A stretch of DNA of 63,592 bases, counting the filler, from Pelomyxa schiedti (Eukaryota > Protista > Evosea), in the NCBI GenBank assembly GCA_020536535.1. It is 6 parts of 6 records of this genome, joined end to end, with 100 filler letters (N's around TTAATTAATTAA, not from the genome) between each part and the next. Parts side by side here need not be neighbours in the genome. Positions count along the whole stretch, not along the records: positions 1 to 10,150 come from JAHLWZ010000741.1; positions 10,251 to 36,098 come from JAHLWZ010001043.1; 4 more parts are not named here. One strand, written 5' to 3'. This document shows positions 1-12,465 of this stretch, one piece after another. The position numbers were made by a program, and so were the translations under genes. The notes under the pieces are model-generated. The model saw nothing but the letters and a program-made list of their open reading frames with translations, was not told the DNA's origin and made no database searches. Numbering within the stretch: the first letter of the stretch is position 1; every line of letters begins with the position of its first letter.

Positions 1-1946
1 TTCGCTATCTATTATGCTTAATAGTGAATAACCCATTCCCATACGTGTTTGATGTTATGCTGCACAAACTCACGTTTTCTATTTTTCAGCTATGATTCAC
101 GCACTTGGTCCGAACGTACCAGTAAGCCTCATTGTTTCAACTGAAGCTCAGAAAACCGAGGCTGAAGCTCTATTGGGTGATGGTTTGTTCCCTTTTAATT
201 GACTCAAAGAATCCTGATGTGACTTAACTGGCAGATGCACAATATGTTACTTTTTATGTTTTGCCTCATGATGATATCTGGATGAGGGACTTTGGTCCAG
301 TTATTCGACCTCTTTATTTATCCTTATTTCTCACTTAAAAAAAAAAGATATTCGTTTTCGATGACGCACTGCAAATGAATATCATTACATTTGATTGGAC
401 GTCCTGGGGTTATGTGAACCACACAGTACATCCAACTGTTCTGATGGTATAACTTCCATTTCCACAATCTACAACAAACACTTCTCTGGACCCCAGGATG
501 GAGATACCGGCGAAAGAGTTGCTGGTGCTTTGGGCTTACCAACATACAGTGCTGGTAAAAAAACCTCCTCCCTTAACTCCCAACTGATGTTCCGAAGGAA
601 TGGCATCAGAGGGTGGGGACAGAATGTTTAATGGGAAGGGCACAATGATTGCCAATACGTATGTGGAAACACAACGAAACCCTGGTAGAAAAATCAGGAG
701 TATTATAATGGTTACATCTCACAGTGAATAGGACTCACATTTGAGGAGGTGGACAATAAACTCAAGACATTGTTTTCTCTCAAAAAAATTGTATATTTTC
801 CTACCTCTTTAGTACAAACTCACCAAGTTGCAGATATGGCTCGATGGAGCCCTTGCGGATGACTGGCAAAGCTTCAATATTCTTCCTGGGCCAATATTTT
901 CGTGCATGGGTACTGGTGGCCACGTTGATGAGGTATAAACCAAACAAGAAGCAGTTACTAAAAATAAGAAAGATGGTGAGATTCGTTAACCCCACAACTG
1001 TTGTGGTTGCCGAGCTTCTTGAAGAAGAGCAAGATACCCCCATTGGACAAATCACACAAGCAACAATTGATGTAGAATAACAGTGTATTGAATGGTTTGC
1101 CTAACTTTCTCTCTAGGGGATCATGTCAGTACTCTCTACAGAAACTGACCAAGATGGGACTCCCCTCACGATACTGAGAATCACACNNNNNNNNNNNNNN
1201 NNNNNNNNNNNNNNNNNNNNNNNNNNNNNNNNNNNNNNNNNNNNNNNNNNNNNNNNNNNNNNNNNNNNNNNNNNNNNNNNNNNNNNATTGATGTAGAATA
1301 ACAGTGTATTGAATGGTTTGCCTAACTTTCTCTCTAGGGGATCATGTCAGTACTCTCTACAGAAACTGACCAAGATGGGACTCCCCTCACGATACTGAGA
1401 ATCACACTCCCACCCACACTCAATCGCACCATCACTCCTGATGTGGGTTCTATCCTTTTCCACACTCACTTCCTTCTAACAATTATAGGATGTATTATAC
1501 AGCAGCTTAGCCGGGCTTAATTTTACCGATGGAACCACCCTGGACGGCAGCCCGGTCACAGTAATTTCTGCCTCATCATACATCAATTACCTTGTTTCCA
1601 ATGACGTTGTACTCGTTGGCAAGTACTACAAGGTTTCCTCAATTCTTTTTACTTCCGACGACTCTCAGTTTTGTACCAGGAAGGAAGAGACCAGAAATTC
1701 GCGGAGACTGACCAAAGTACCTTCTTCTTAATATTTCCTGCCTCGCTTCCTCACATTTCCCAATAGACGCGGTTGATGTACTTTCAACAGCATTGGGCCG
1801 ACCGGCTGTTCAAGTGGAAATAGAGGCTGTTAACTTTGGTGGTGGTGGAATGAACTGCATATCGTATCTATTCATGCATCACAACAATCCTCTTCACAAC
1901 TCTAACTTTTTCCTAAAGGCAACAACAACCTCAGGCACGAACATGA
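1..1946 (+). CDS. Agmatine deiminase / Porphyromonas-type peptidylarginine deiminase family protein (5' end outside window, many introns)
   Basis: Spliced exons give DDIWMRDFGPIFV, FDWTSWG, EGGDRMFNGKGT...QRNP, GTGGHVDEMVRFVN, ASSYINYLVSNDVVLV and GGGGMNCISQQQP*. These are the family's ordered motifs, with catalytic Asp, His-x-Asp and Cys. Stop TGA at 1944-1946. Confidence 0.9.
1066..1407. other. Identical 121-nt sequence on both sides of a 100-N gap (probable assembly overlap artefact)
   Basis: 1066-1186 equals 1287-1407, separated only by Ns. The protein reads normally if one copy is used. Confidence 0.85.
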
Positions 1947-2065
1947 GCTTGAATTCAAAAGAAAAACAAAGGAAGAAAAAACAAGTGTGACAAGTAAGGA
2001 TACACCTCAATTTTCAGACAATGTGGTAAAAAACAAGAAACAAGAATGAAAATTGTTTTTATTTA

Positions 2066-3624
2066 TCAATGATAAGTTGTTGTTTTGAAGTATAGTAGAG
2101 TGTCTTTGGTGGCATCAATACCAACTCCAACCATCAGGTAGGCACTCAATAACACGAGAGCAATAAGGGCCACTGTCAACCTTTTTGTTTGTTAGTACCG
2201 CGGCGCTTTTATTTTTGTGGGTGTTTGAGGCCTTACCAGATGAGGATTTGGGCACCGCCGACATCAACGTCATCAGTGGTGTCATCTGTTTCGGTGGCTC
2301 TGAGTACTGTTCTAAGGGCTAGTGTCTGTCTTGCAGTAGCATCCTCTGGTTCCGGGGCTGGTGCTGCACACTCGCAGTTGCACTTATCTCCCATTAGCAG
2401 TACTTCCACTGCTGTGTGAGCGTGCACTGCTTCAAGTTTGGGAATGCCCTTGATTAAGAAATGAACATAGATCAGAAAAAGAATCTGGGAAACCTGGCTG
2501 GCAGCAACGTCAAGCATATGTACTGCAGCTCGCACTTGTAGGGAGTCTGCACCGTGCATTTGCATCACTTGGTGGATACCATGGAGTCCAACATAAACAA
2601 CAGCTGGGAGAGGTGCGGGGTTGGGGGAGACAAGTGTGCCCACAGTACCAGATGCAAGAAGTGCACATTCCGTGAGAATTGCGGCATGTGCCTAAATAAA
2701 GTCAGAAGGGACTGACTTTGATGAAGCTTGAACATACCGGAACACTTAGGTCAAAGATAACAGGGAGTTCCTCATCAGGAAGTGTTACCCTTACCAATCC
2801 TTCAGAAACAGAAATGGATTGGTGAAGAGATGATACTACAGCCATCACATCCAGCTCCAGTCCTGCAAACCCTGTCTGTGCTTGATTGGTGTGGGAATCC
2901 CCAACACAAGAAAATACAAAACAAACAAAAAAAGTGAAGTTTACCTCATGGGTCCAACTAATAATTTTATCAGCGGGGAGTGCTGTCTTGGGTGTGAGGC
3001 ATTCCAAACACTCGGGAGAGGTAGAAAGGGCAACGTGTGCGGAATGGGGCACATCGACAATGCAACCACCTGAATTGGAAAGCGTTATATGAAGACCACT
3101 TCACACTATGGGTAGTTACGTGAGGTGGTAAGTACTTCAGGGAGAGTGGTTTGTTCAATGAGAAAAACCGGCTGTGCCTTTACAACCTCTTGGGTAATTG
3201 GGAGTTGACCAATATCTAATGAAAGTTGGAAATTGGAAATGTACAAAGTGGCCACTAACTCTCTATTCCATGAACAACCAGCATAACATTTGCGGAGGGC
3301 ACGTCGAAAACACTCCTGCCGTTGCCACCCACTAAATATGACAGAATTGTGTCAGAAGCACTTTGTCCTATTGTAAGGCACCGTAAGTTACTAACCAAAT
3401 AATTTAAATACTCCACTCACCGTTGTTTATACATCCCTTTGGTCCAACGAGTTCTACACCTTTTCACGATGTTGACAAAGGGAATTTTATAGGCACGAGT
3501 GAAACCAAAAAAAACCACACCACTCTTTAAAAATAAAAGAAAAAAACAGAAAAAAACACAACGTACATGAACATAGGTACGCCGACAACGCGACAACGAC
3601 AACCGCTAACACCGCCACTCTCAT
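2066..3624 (-). CDS. ATP6AP2 / (pro)renin receptor-like V-ATPase accessory protein
   Basis: Signal peptide MRVAVLAVVVVALSAYLCS. Exon SVFDVPSANVMLVVHGIE resembles the ATP6AP2 N-terminal LFHRPRATVMVMVKG segment. C-terminal TM plus short tail QILIW-LTVALIALVLLSAYLMVGVGIDATKDTLLYFKTTTYH* matches the family layout. Confidence 0.65.
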
Positions 3625-3909
3625 GTCTGTGTGCCTTGCAAGAAAATAAAATCAAAAATGAAGGTGGATCTAGGGCCGCGGCACCGAGATGTGTGATCTC
3701 TTTTTTTGCTTGTTCTTTCTCGTTCTAAGAACAATTGCACCGATTTTTCGAACGTTCTATTCTCCTGGGAATCTGGCTCTGGGGTTGAGTTCAGCATTGG
3801 AGTATTCTGGCATGAGGAGGAGAGTGCTTTGTGATTTCTGAGTGGTAAGTCCAAGAAAAATCCTCTTGGTGATACAAAAATTTTTTTTCGTTTTTTCGTT
3901 AATTTGGTG

Positions 3910-5372
3910 CTATGGGTCAGAGAGGGGATTTGTTGAAGTTGGTGTGCAGACAGGTGTGTATGTGGGTGTTGTTGTTGTGATTGCTCCAGTAGCGGTGCTA
4001 TCGTGTGAAGCTGCTGTGCTTTGCGATTCAGTATTTGTACTTGCGGAGGTTCCATTCAAGGGGGAGGTCACCGGGGTTGTTGTGTTTGTTGTTGTGACTG
4101 TGGATGAGGTGCTGAGGTTGGAACCAGTACCGGTTGTTGTTCCGTTTGTTGGCGATGATGAATTGGCGGGGTTCTTGGTGGTTGTGGATGGTGATGATGA
4201 TGGAGTGCTGCTGTGCGGTGTGGAATTGGATGATTGATGGCTGAGTGTGGGGGAATCCTTCTTGGAATGGTGGGCGGGTGAGTGGTGGTGTGAGCGGTGG
4301 TGATGGCTGTTGTCACTACTGTCACCTTGTGGGGGTTCCGTGGAATGGTTAGATGATTTGTGGTGCTTGGGGTGGTGAGATTCTGCGGGATCGTGGTCTT
4401 TCTCGTGGGGAGAGTGAGTGCGCTCGGAGTGCGATCCACTTACAGAAGCAATGTACTTGCTGGGAGGGATGACACTTTCCTCTTTTACTTGGTTGATCAT
4501 CATCAGCAAATGTTTCAACCTGGGGCGATTTATAAAAGTGGTGCTGTTTGGGGAAAGTACCCTCGTTTCCAATAATCTGCTTCGGTCAGCCCTTCTGCAA
4601 CGAGCTTCCACATTCTGTCATCAGTTTGTAATACAATCCCAGTAAGTATTCGTTCTGATAAAGTAGCCCGCTGTTTTCCAATCTGAAGGGACTTGACGGT
4701 GTGCAAATCTATGACTCCCTGTGCACAATCAGGCCCGGAAATTCTTAAACGATAGAGAACACACCTTCAGACCGGACTTACTGCAAGAAGCATCAGTGTA
4801 GTATTTGAGTTGAGTCAAGTCATCACTAGTATTTTGAAACCACCTTTGTAATACAAGCACCGATCAGTCAACGAACAACATACATGCAACATAAATCTCA
4901 CAATATTGCATACACAAATAGAACATAACGCGAACGGTTTAACATTGTTGTATTGTGCATATAGAGTCCCATAATTATGCAATAAAGTAAGACGATATGG
5001 GGAATAAGGATACCTCCTATTCCAAGTCCTGTGAATTGCACCTTCTTTCATGAGCCACCCCCTCACAACAACTTCCTCCTCATTCATCACATACCAGGGC
5101 ATCCCATAATTGCCCCTCCCCTCTCCCTCCCGGTCCTCATCGTCGCTGTAATCCGACTTGAAAGCGGCCGTGCTTATCGGATGATGGGACGAGTGCGACC
5201 ACACCGGGTGTGGTGACGTGGCAGCCGACCCTGTGACTGCAACGTAGTCCCCGTCGTTGGCGCTGTTTGTGGGAAAGAAGCCGGGCACGAACATAGCGAT
5301 TGTGGGACTGCTAGTGCTGTTGTGTGTGGTTGAGAGGTTACGTCCAGACGAGAAGGAAAATGGTTGATACAT
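3910..5372 (-). CDS. PH-domain protein with His/Ser/Thr-rich disordered C-terminus
   Basis: RGWLMKEGAIHRTWNRRY, GVIDLHTVKSL and WKLVAEGLTEADYWKR are PH strand-1 and terminal-helix motifs. They are followed by the low-complexity tail of ORF 3910-4611. Confidence 0.8.
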
Positions 5373-6126
5373 TGTTGGATGGGTGTTTGTTTGTTTCAAC
5401 AGACCTTTGGGCTTTGGGGTTGTTCCACCTTTTCTTTAGGAAATTGTTGTTGTGTATTTTTTCACAACGTTTCGCACGTGATCGTCACTTTGAACGTGTG
5501 CCATCACAAGTCAAATCTGATCCTGAAGCTCTGAGTTGGACAAAGAAGCGAGGAGGCAAATGCTGATAGCTCTCGAGATTGCTGGATTGAAAAGGGCTCA
5601 CTGAGGCGAAGTGGCAACAGTCAGAATCTGAAAGATCCCTTTTCCTGCGCTGAGAAAAAGGAAGTGGGACCCGTCCCTTGTTCAAATGTCTTTTCTTCGG
5701 TACCGCTTTCAACAAAGGAAACTTTGTGTGATCATTCCACTGATAAGAAAGGCGAACTCTACACGTGAAACTATTCCAGATAAGTTCACAGATCGACTAA
5801 CAAAATGCAAGTGCACCCCCATCGGGGCAATTGATCCAATCAACGAAGGGAAAAAGGATTCACACACGGAACCTTGAGCTAAAACAGCAGTAGGAAAAAA
5901 CAAACAACACTTTTAAAATCAAGGAACTCCGCCAACCAACATACCAGACCAGAAACAAAAACACAAAAAACAAAAAAAAAAAAAAAAAACCACCTGGTGG
6001 CAACACACTACCTTCCAAACAATAAAGCTACATACACCCACATTTTTGTTGTTTTTGCTGTATTTTTTTCATTCAACAACTATACGTCTATTTGTGTGAG
6101 ACCCACCACCAAAGAAAAAAAATAAA

Positions 6127-9100
6127 ATGATGGAGCACGAGCACATGCACAGGGCGTCATCGGCGCCCTCGCGCGAAAGAAAGAAACTCGAATCACCGGA
6201 CCTGGCCCAGAATAAAAACAAGAAGGACGATCTATGGAAGCGGGCCGAGTGGCTGGCCGTGATACTGTTCATCTGCTGCGCCTGTGTCGCTGCCGCCGGC
6301 GCCGTAGTTGTCTCAGTATTCGCTGTCAAGCTGGTCGACACTATATCCGAGCAGACAAGGGTCTACGTCGAATCTACCTCCGCTTCCGTAGCTGGTACTT
6401 TTTTTGTTTTTGCGTTTGTACGTTTTTTTTTTTTTTGTCTTTCAAAGAAAAGAGTTTCGTCTAACGATTTATTACAGGTCCAATTTCTTCATTTTGCGAA
6501 ACATTGCAGCCTGTAGTAATGAACCTTTGTTCTGACATTGCGGACGCACTGACCATTCCACGAACTCCTACTGCCGAAGAGGTTGCCACTTACGGCTTTT
6601 GGTATCCTCACCCACTCGTAGCCTAAATAGCCAAATTAACGAGCTGTGTAGGAACTACACTCGGCCCGATTGCCCTGGTTGTAAGGCATTTGCAACACTG
6701 GGAAACTGGGGAGGACCAGCACAGGTCCTGTTCCTGGCACAGAATCACAATGCAACTGAGCTGCAAGATATTGTAGAGCTGTACTTCTGGAGGCTCGGGG
6801 GATTGGCGCCAATGATGAAGAACATAGAGACGGCGTGGGTAGATGTTATTCAACAGGTTTACTTCACAGGAAGGAATGGATACTCGATGATCTACCCCTT
6901 CTTCCCTCTCTTCGTGGTGCAACTGATGAACTTTTCCCCGGAACCACCAGTAACTCCAGATAGCCGAGGATTCTTCTGGGTGGGCCCGTACATCGACCAA
7001 GTGACTAGAACCTGGGTTTCCTCGTTCTACGTTGATCTCTATGACTCGAGGATCCCCAATAAACTCACAGGGGCGGTTGGAAGATGTGGAGTGGATGCTT
7101 TCGTGACCCAGATCGTGTCACAAGTGGAAAAGATGACCGAAACCCTTTCCAATGGCGCCTACGTTGTACTGTCCGCGTACGACGGAACACTGATGATGAT
7201 CCCAGAGAGTGGGTCCGCGGACTGGGTCAGTGGTGAGGATGCCTCGTATCGGGCTGATGACGGCACTTTCAACTACACCGAGATTCTCTCGACTCCGAAC
7301 TACAACCTTACAGAGTGGAACATCTTCGCAAACGCGAGATATGCGCACATTGCTGCTGCGATCCAGCCGACCCTCGCGGCTTATGAGGATGGTGAGACCT
7401 ACATCGCCACCATAGATTTTGCTACCGGCAAGAGGTTTATTTCCTGGTGCTTCGTACCGCGATCCATGTGGATTGTCATTTCTGTCATTGATGAAGAGGA
7501 GGCAACAGCTGACGAGAGGCACGCCATGGTCCTCATGGTTTGCCTTTCAACAGTTCTCGGTGTAACCATGGTCGTTGCTGCTGGTGCCGTTGGCGCTTAC
7601 AGTGCTGTCACACGAAAGTATGCTGGGCTCACAGCAAAAATTTCTGACCTGAACACTGAACTGGAGGAGATGAAGGGGCAATCACAGAATCTGGGACAAA
7701 TCCGGGAGGATATGGCAGCCGTTGGGGCCTTAACCAGCGGAATGAAAGAGGTTTCAGAGCGAATAGCCCCTCAATTTCTTACACTTCGAACTAGATTGCT
7801 GAGACGTTGAGAAACATTGCTGAACATCCTGACAAGCCTATAACAGAAGAGCAAATCCAGCTCCTGCAGAACGCAAGGCAGTTATTACTTTCAAGGGACT
7901 TTAAAGGTACAAAAGCTAGACCATTGCATTTTACACACTCAACTGGATACAGGAGTGAAAACTACGACAACACTAAACTCTGATCAAAAGCAATTCGTAC
8001 ATGATTGTGGCATTGAAATGGACCATACAGGCACATCTTCAATGATGGACACCCTAGTTCGATCACATGCAACACCTGGAGGAGCACTCGCCACTGATGA
8101 TATAATGAACGTTCCCAAGACCGCTGTTGGGGATTGGAGATTCAACGTCTTCCAAGTAAACTTGGTTCTTTTCTTGTATCCTACTCATTTTGCAAGGTGG
8201 CGGAAGCTGTGGGCACAGACAACCTTTTGCAGTCTGTAGTCTATTCCGCTCTTACTGAGCAGAACGTTCTTTCATCTGGGCTCCCACTCAACGTTAACCA
8301 CCTTCTCAAGTTCGTCCAGCACCTCGAAATGGACTATTGCTCATCCTCCGACCCCATAAAAACCACCGCATCGAAAGCTCCCCGTGTGGAAAATCCGTAT
8401 CACAACAAGTACCACGCCGCTGATGTCACTCAAGCGTTCCACTCCCTGCTTCTCCGGGCAGAGGAATCATCTTCGTGGTTTAGGAAGTCATTAACACCTC
8501 TGGAACGTCTTGCCTGCATCGTTGCCGCAGCGGCACATGACTACAAACACCCTGGACGGAACAACGTCTTCCTTCACAACACCCTTCATCCTACTTACAT
8601 CACATTTGTGGAGTCTTCCCTTGAAAGGTCCCACGCCGCTTTTTCCTTGACAGCCTTATTTTTGGATCCGGACTTTCAGCCACTTGCTGCTATGTCACGC
8701 CAGCAGAAGACCGAGTTCCATTCTCTCGTTGCCAAGCTTATTTACGCAACGGATATGGCTAAGCATGTGGAGCTTGTTGATGCTCTCAAGGCTTGGGTTC
8801 CACCAGATGGCACAGAGGACCCTGAAGGAAGGGATAAAGCAGGAGTGGTGGCTTCTACACCCCCAGGCAAACTTCTCATCCTCCAGCTATTGCTGAAGGC
8901 AGCCGATATTAGCAATGCGTACAGGGAGTGGGAAGTTTGTCAAAAGTGGACCTTCAACCTCATGAAGGAGTTTGCGCAACAAGGAGCCGAGGAGAAAGAA
9001 AAGGGACTGCAGACATCCAAATTCATGGACGGCAGGGCCAATGCTCTCGAAATGCAGGTGAGCGGAAACAATTTCTCTTTTCCATTTTCCAGCCGCTAAC

Positions 9101-9306
9101 ATACCCAACAGAACTCCTTCGTCCCGCTGTTTGTGATTCCGCTCCTCAAGGCCCTGACCCTGCTCTTCCCCAACTTCCTCGACCTAGAGAAGATTGCATG
9201 GGCCAACCTCGCCCACTGGCGCGAGCTTCCCACACCCGGCCGCGGCACCCCCGCAGTCACTCCTTCCCTCCCACCCAGCGCCAGCAGGACAACCAACACC
9301 AACTAA
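6127..9306 (+). CDS. Membrane receptor-type class I cyclic nucleotide phosphodiesterase (TM - dCache-like sensor - TM - coiled coil - PDEase)
   Basis: TM1 WLAVILFICCACVAAAGAVVVSVFAV. Cache motif RGFFWVGPYIDQVTRTWVSSF...GAVGRCGVD. TM2 AMVLMVCLSTVLGVTMVVAAGAVGAY. PDE motifs NPYHNKYHAADV, AHDYKHPGRNN, TDMAKH, LLKAADISN, EFAQQG and MQ-NSFV. Stop TAA 9304-9306 after a final intron. Confidence 0.9.
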
Positions 9307-9581
9307 ACAAAAACAACACCCACATGAATGTTGTAACACCAACACATATCCCACAGTCCAGACCAGCCACCGCAGTGTTGTGCCTAGACCGCACCCGCTG
9401 CGTGTGCAAATAACCCAATAAATATCACCCACCAGCCAGAACAACTTTTTTTCTTTTTTTTTGTTTACACAAAACTGAACTGCCAAATTGGAGAATAATC
9501 CACAACATGTCGGTGTCAATGATTCCTTGAACTGAGTTTTTGATCACGCCGAATGCAAAACAACAACGCCTGCGTGAATCA

Positions 9582-10150
9582 ATGAATGGAATGGACCTGG
9601 CTGACGAAGACGAAGGAGAGTCATGGTCGTCCACGTCGTGGTCGCCGTCCCAGGAGGAGCGAAGGCGTATCCGGCTGATGGGAGGACGATACCCCGGTGT
9701 AAATACCACCACCACAACAGCAACAAACACCCAACAACATCACCACTACGCCCTCCCCCCACCATCGTCATCCCCACCCCCACCCCCCCACCAGCATGCC
9801 ACACTCCTGGATGACTCTGGCACCACAACCACCACCACAACCACCACAACAGACGACGAAGGCAGCAGCAGCAGCAGCACGAGCAACGTGGAGTACCGCC
9901 GGTCCAGCCCCAGGCCCAGGCCCCGCGTTGCCCTGCCCAACCCCCCCGCGCCCACCCCGGCACACACCAAAGGCGGCCCCGTGGCAGCGGCAGTGCCACA
10001 GCACCCGCTGCCGCATACGCATGCGCAGACGCAGCCGCCGGAGCTGCGCCCTGCTGCGGCTTCCGCCCGGGGCGCCACCCCTACGTCGTCGTCCCCGGCG
10101 GGCGGGGTGGCGGGCGGGGCGTCCCCGGCGGTGCCCTCGTCTACGTCGTC
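9582..10150 (+). CDS. Hypothetical low-complexity protein, 5' part (runs into contig join)
   Basis: Open frame of about 190 codons from ATG 9582 with poly-Thr/Pro/Ser tracts. GC-rich, so strand and frame are uncertain. Confidence 0.4.
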
Positions 10151-10250
10151 NNNNNNNNNNNNNNNNNNNNNNNNNNNNNNNNNNNNNNNNNNNNTTAATT
10201 AATTAANNNNNNNNNNNNNNNNNNNNNNNNNNNNNNNNNNNNNNNNNNNN
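10151..10250. other. Artificial join: 44 N + TTAATTAATTAA + 44 N
   Basis: TTAATTAATTAA puts stops in all six frames. The identical layout recurs five times in the window. Confidence 0.9.
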
Positions 10251-10815
10251 TTGAGCCTCATGGCGCCATCTTTTGGCTCCGGGTGCCCTCTTTTGGGTTT
10301 GGAGAGTGCTGAGGGCAATGATGGGCTTCCTTCACTGTCCCCCACTTTGTTCCCTGTGTGTGGTCTTGGCATGTGCCTGGCTAACTAACTCTTGCTATTT
10401 GGATTTTTTTTTTCTGAATTATTTGGTTGGGCGGCCTTGTTGCTTCCTTTTGTGCGCTGTCGGTTTGGAAAGATCGTCTTGTGGGGCAGGTTTTCGGTGT
10501 TGGTCTGGTCCCCTTGGCTTTTTTTAGGCCGTTGGAGAGTGCGAAAACCGAAAAGTTGTGCAGTTTGTCGGTTTGATTGCCGTTTGGGAAGTTGGTGATC
10601 TGGAAAGTTGTCTCTTTCCGTAATACCGTTCGTTTGCTGGCTTTGGGAAGGTAGTTTGCACCTAACGGAACGCGTTTTCCTAGATTTTTGGTTTTTGCCA
10701 GCCCTCTGGTTTTCCTGCTTTGAGTTGCCTGCACAACGTTGTACCCTGTGACTTCCACGTTGTGGGACTGGAAGCACAGTAATAAAGCGGGGAAAGGAGT
10801 TCCGTAAACATTTAT

Positions 10816-12315
10816 TTATGAGGAGCCCCAATCGAAATATACAACCAAACACGTTACATTATCCATTGTGCCTGTTTGTGGCTTAGTGCAACCCAAAAGA
10901 GTGAGACTGGAAAAACCTTTGTCAAGTGCCTCCTTGACTAATATTTGTGCTGCTTCGGCGGGCGATTTCCCAGAGTTTTTTGCTTTGTTACAAATCTGAA
11001 CGGCGGTGGAATAATCCAGCTGCATTTTGTTGGGTGAGTTGTGATGTGAATATGAGTTGTACAACTTTGTCCCATAAGCCGTCACATGCTACAATCATAA
11101 ACTGGTTGTCCCGCGTCAAAGTGGTCTTGTTTTAATTAATATATATATATATTTCGAGTGATTGCATTACATGGGCAGTAAAAGGTTCGGCTGATACAAA
11201 GTCAGCAGCAGCTCTGTTGTATGGATGTTTGAAGTCTATATCTCCGAATGCCCTGTGATAGCAAAACGAACCTAAGTGAGTAAAGGTGAAGGAGGGGTTA
11301 AATTACCTTGTCACTGCCAGGGATCCTAACACCCGACCTAAGTAAATTTTACCACCAGCACTTTCTATTCTAGAGGTCTTCAGTTGAAATAGCCCCAAAA
11401 AACCCTTCAAACCTCGATTTTTCGGATGGGTCACTGGGCTTATGCTTGAAAGAAATACACCTAGATTCCAACCTTTCTAGTGTTTGCTCTTGCAATACAG
11501 CCTCAGCGTCACCAATACATGCCAAGTAAAGGCTGAACGGAAGTGAGAAACTGTCAAGAGCATTGCAGCAAACACACGTGCTACCGATAATAAGAGTACA
11601 AACAGCAGTTGCTCCGTCAGTCCACTTGTTACTGTGGGCATGTTGAAGCAACTTAGTATCAGTTTTGTGGAATGCATTGGTTAACGCTTGTTCAAAATTG
11701 CCCTGGGACGGGTTTGTAGAGATTTGCGATAACTTGGGAAGGGTACTTGTGCAAAAGCAGGGTCGGACACAACCTCTCTGTGAAGTATAGTCTAACAACA
11801 ACAAACGGAAATGAAATATAAAAGGTATCTTAGTGGTGGTAAAGTGGAGTTAGTATAATGGCATACCGCTAGGTGATCAGCGGCAACCCTTCCTATACAA
11901 AATTCATGAAAAAACTTTTTTACAATTTTACAAAGTGCAAGAACTTGCCTCCGTGCCCATCATAGACGGCAAAGAAACTTCTGCAAACATCCTGCGGTAG
12001 ACTAAATGCAGTATTCATATCATCTATTGCAACAAACCTATTAATAAAAATGAATGAGATGGCATGCACTAAGAACAAAGAAAAAGAAAAGAAGCAAAAT
12101 TACTCACGTGTCTTCCATTGTGTTCCTTTTACCTATCACCCCACTTAGCAAAATTTTTCCCACATTTGGTATGGCATACAAAAAAGGAAACTGTTAACAT
12201 AAAAAACAAACAAAAAACCATGAATGACACATTACAAACCCTGTTGACTGCAATGCCCTGACTTGAAAAACGGAGGTGGCAGGGACGAAGTAGGCACGTA
12301 CAGTGTGTTTCCCAT
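10816..12315 (-). CDS. Protein phosphatase 2C (PPM family)
   Basis: Exons give GKRNTMEDT, FFAVYDGHGG, TDGATAV, LYLACIGDAEAVL, KHKPSDPSE, LAVTR, FMIVACDGLWD and GTMDNVTCLVV. N-terminus MGNTL. Confidence 0.92.
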
Positions 12316-12465
12316 AATTGCTTTTGGCCTGCTTGTCCTCTCCGCACCCAAGTCGCCTCACTCTTGGAAGACCACGCACTACGCAACCCCCTTGGGTTGT
12401 TATTGATTACAAGATACGAAGAAACTTCAATGAAGAAGAGGATAAAAGATCAGTGATCTACATTA

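Noticed and set aside
1066-1407. Exon duplication in the agmatine deiminase gene
   Set aside because: The copies are 100% identical and directly abut an N gap, which is typical of unmerged contig overlap.
3621-4439. Overlapping alternative-frame ORFs in the PH-gene tail
   Set aside because: Shadow ORFs of low-complexity CAC/CAA-rich coding DNA with no domain signal.
10195-10206. Recurrent TTAATTAATTAA palindrome (five copies) as a biological repeat
   Set aside because: It is always centred in exactly 44+44 Ns and gives stops in six frames, so it is a synthetic contig linker.
10273-10810. Lys/Arg-rich ORFs downstream of PP2C
   Set aside because: GT-rich low-information sequence with no motif or clear splice structure.
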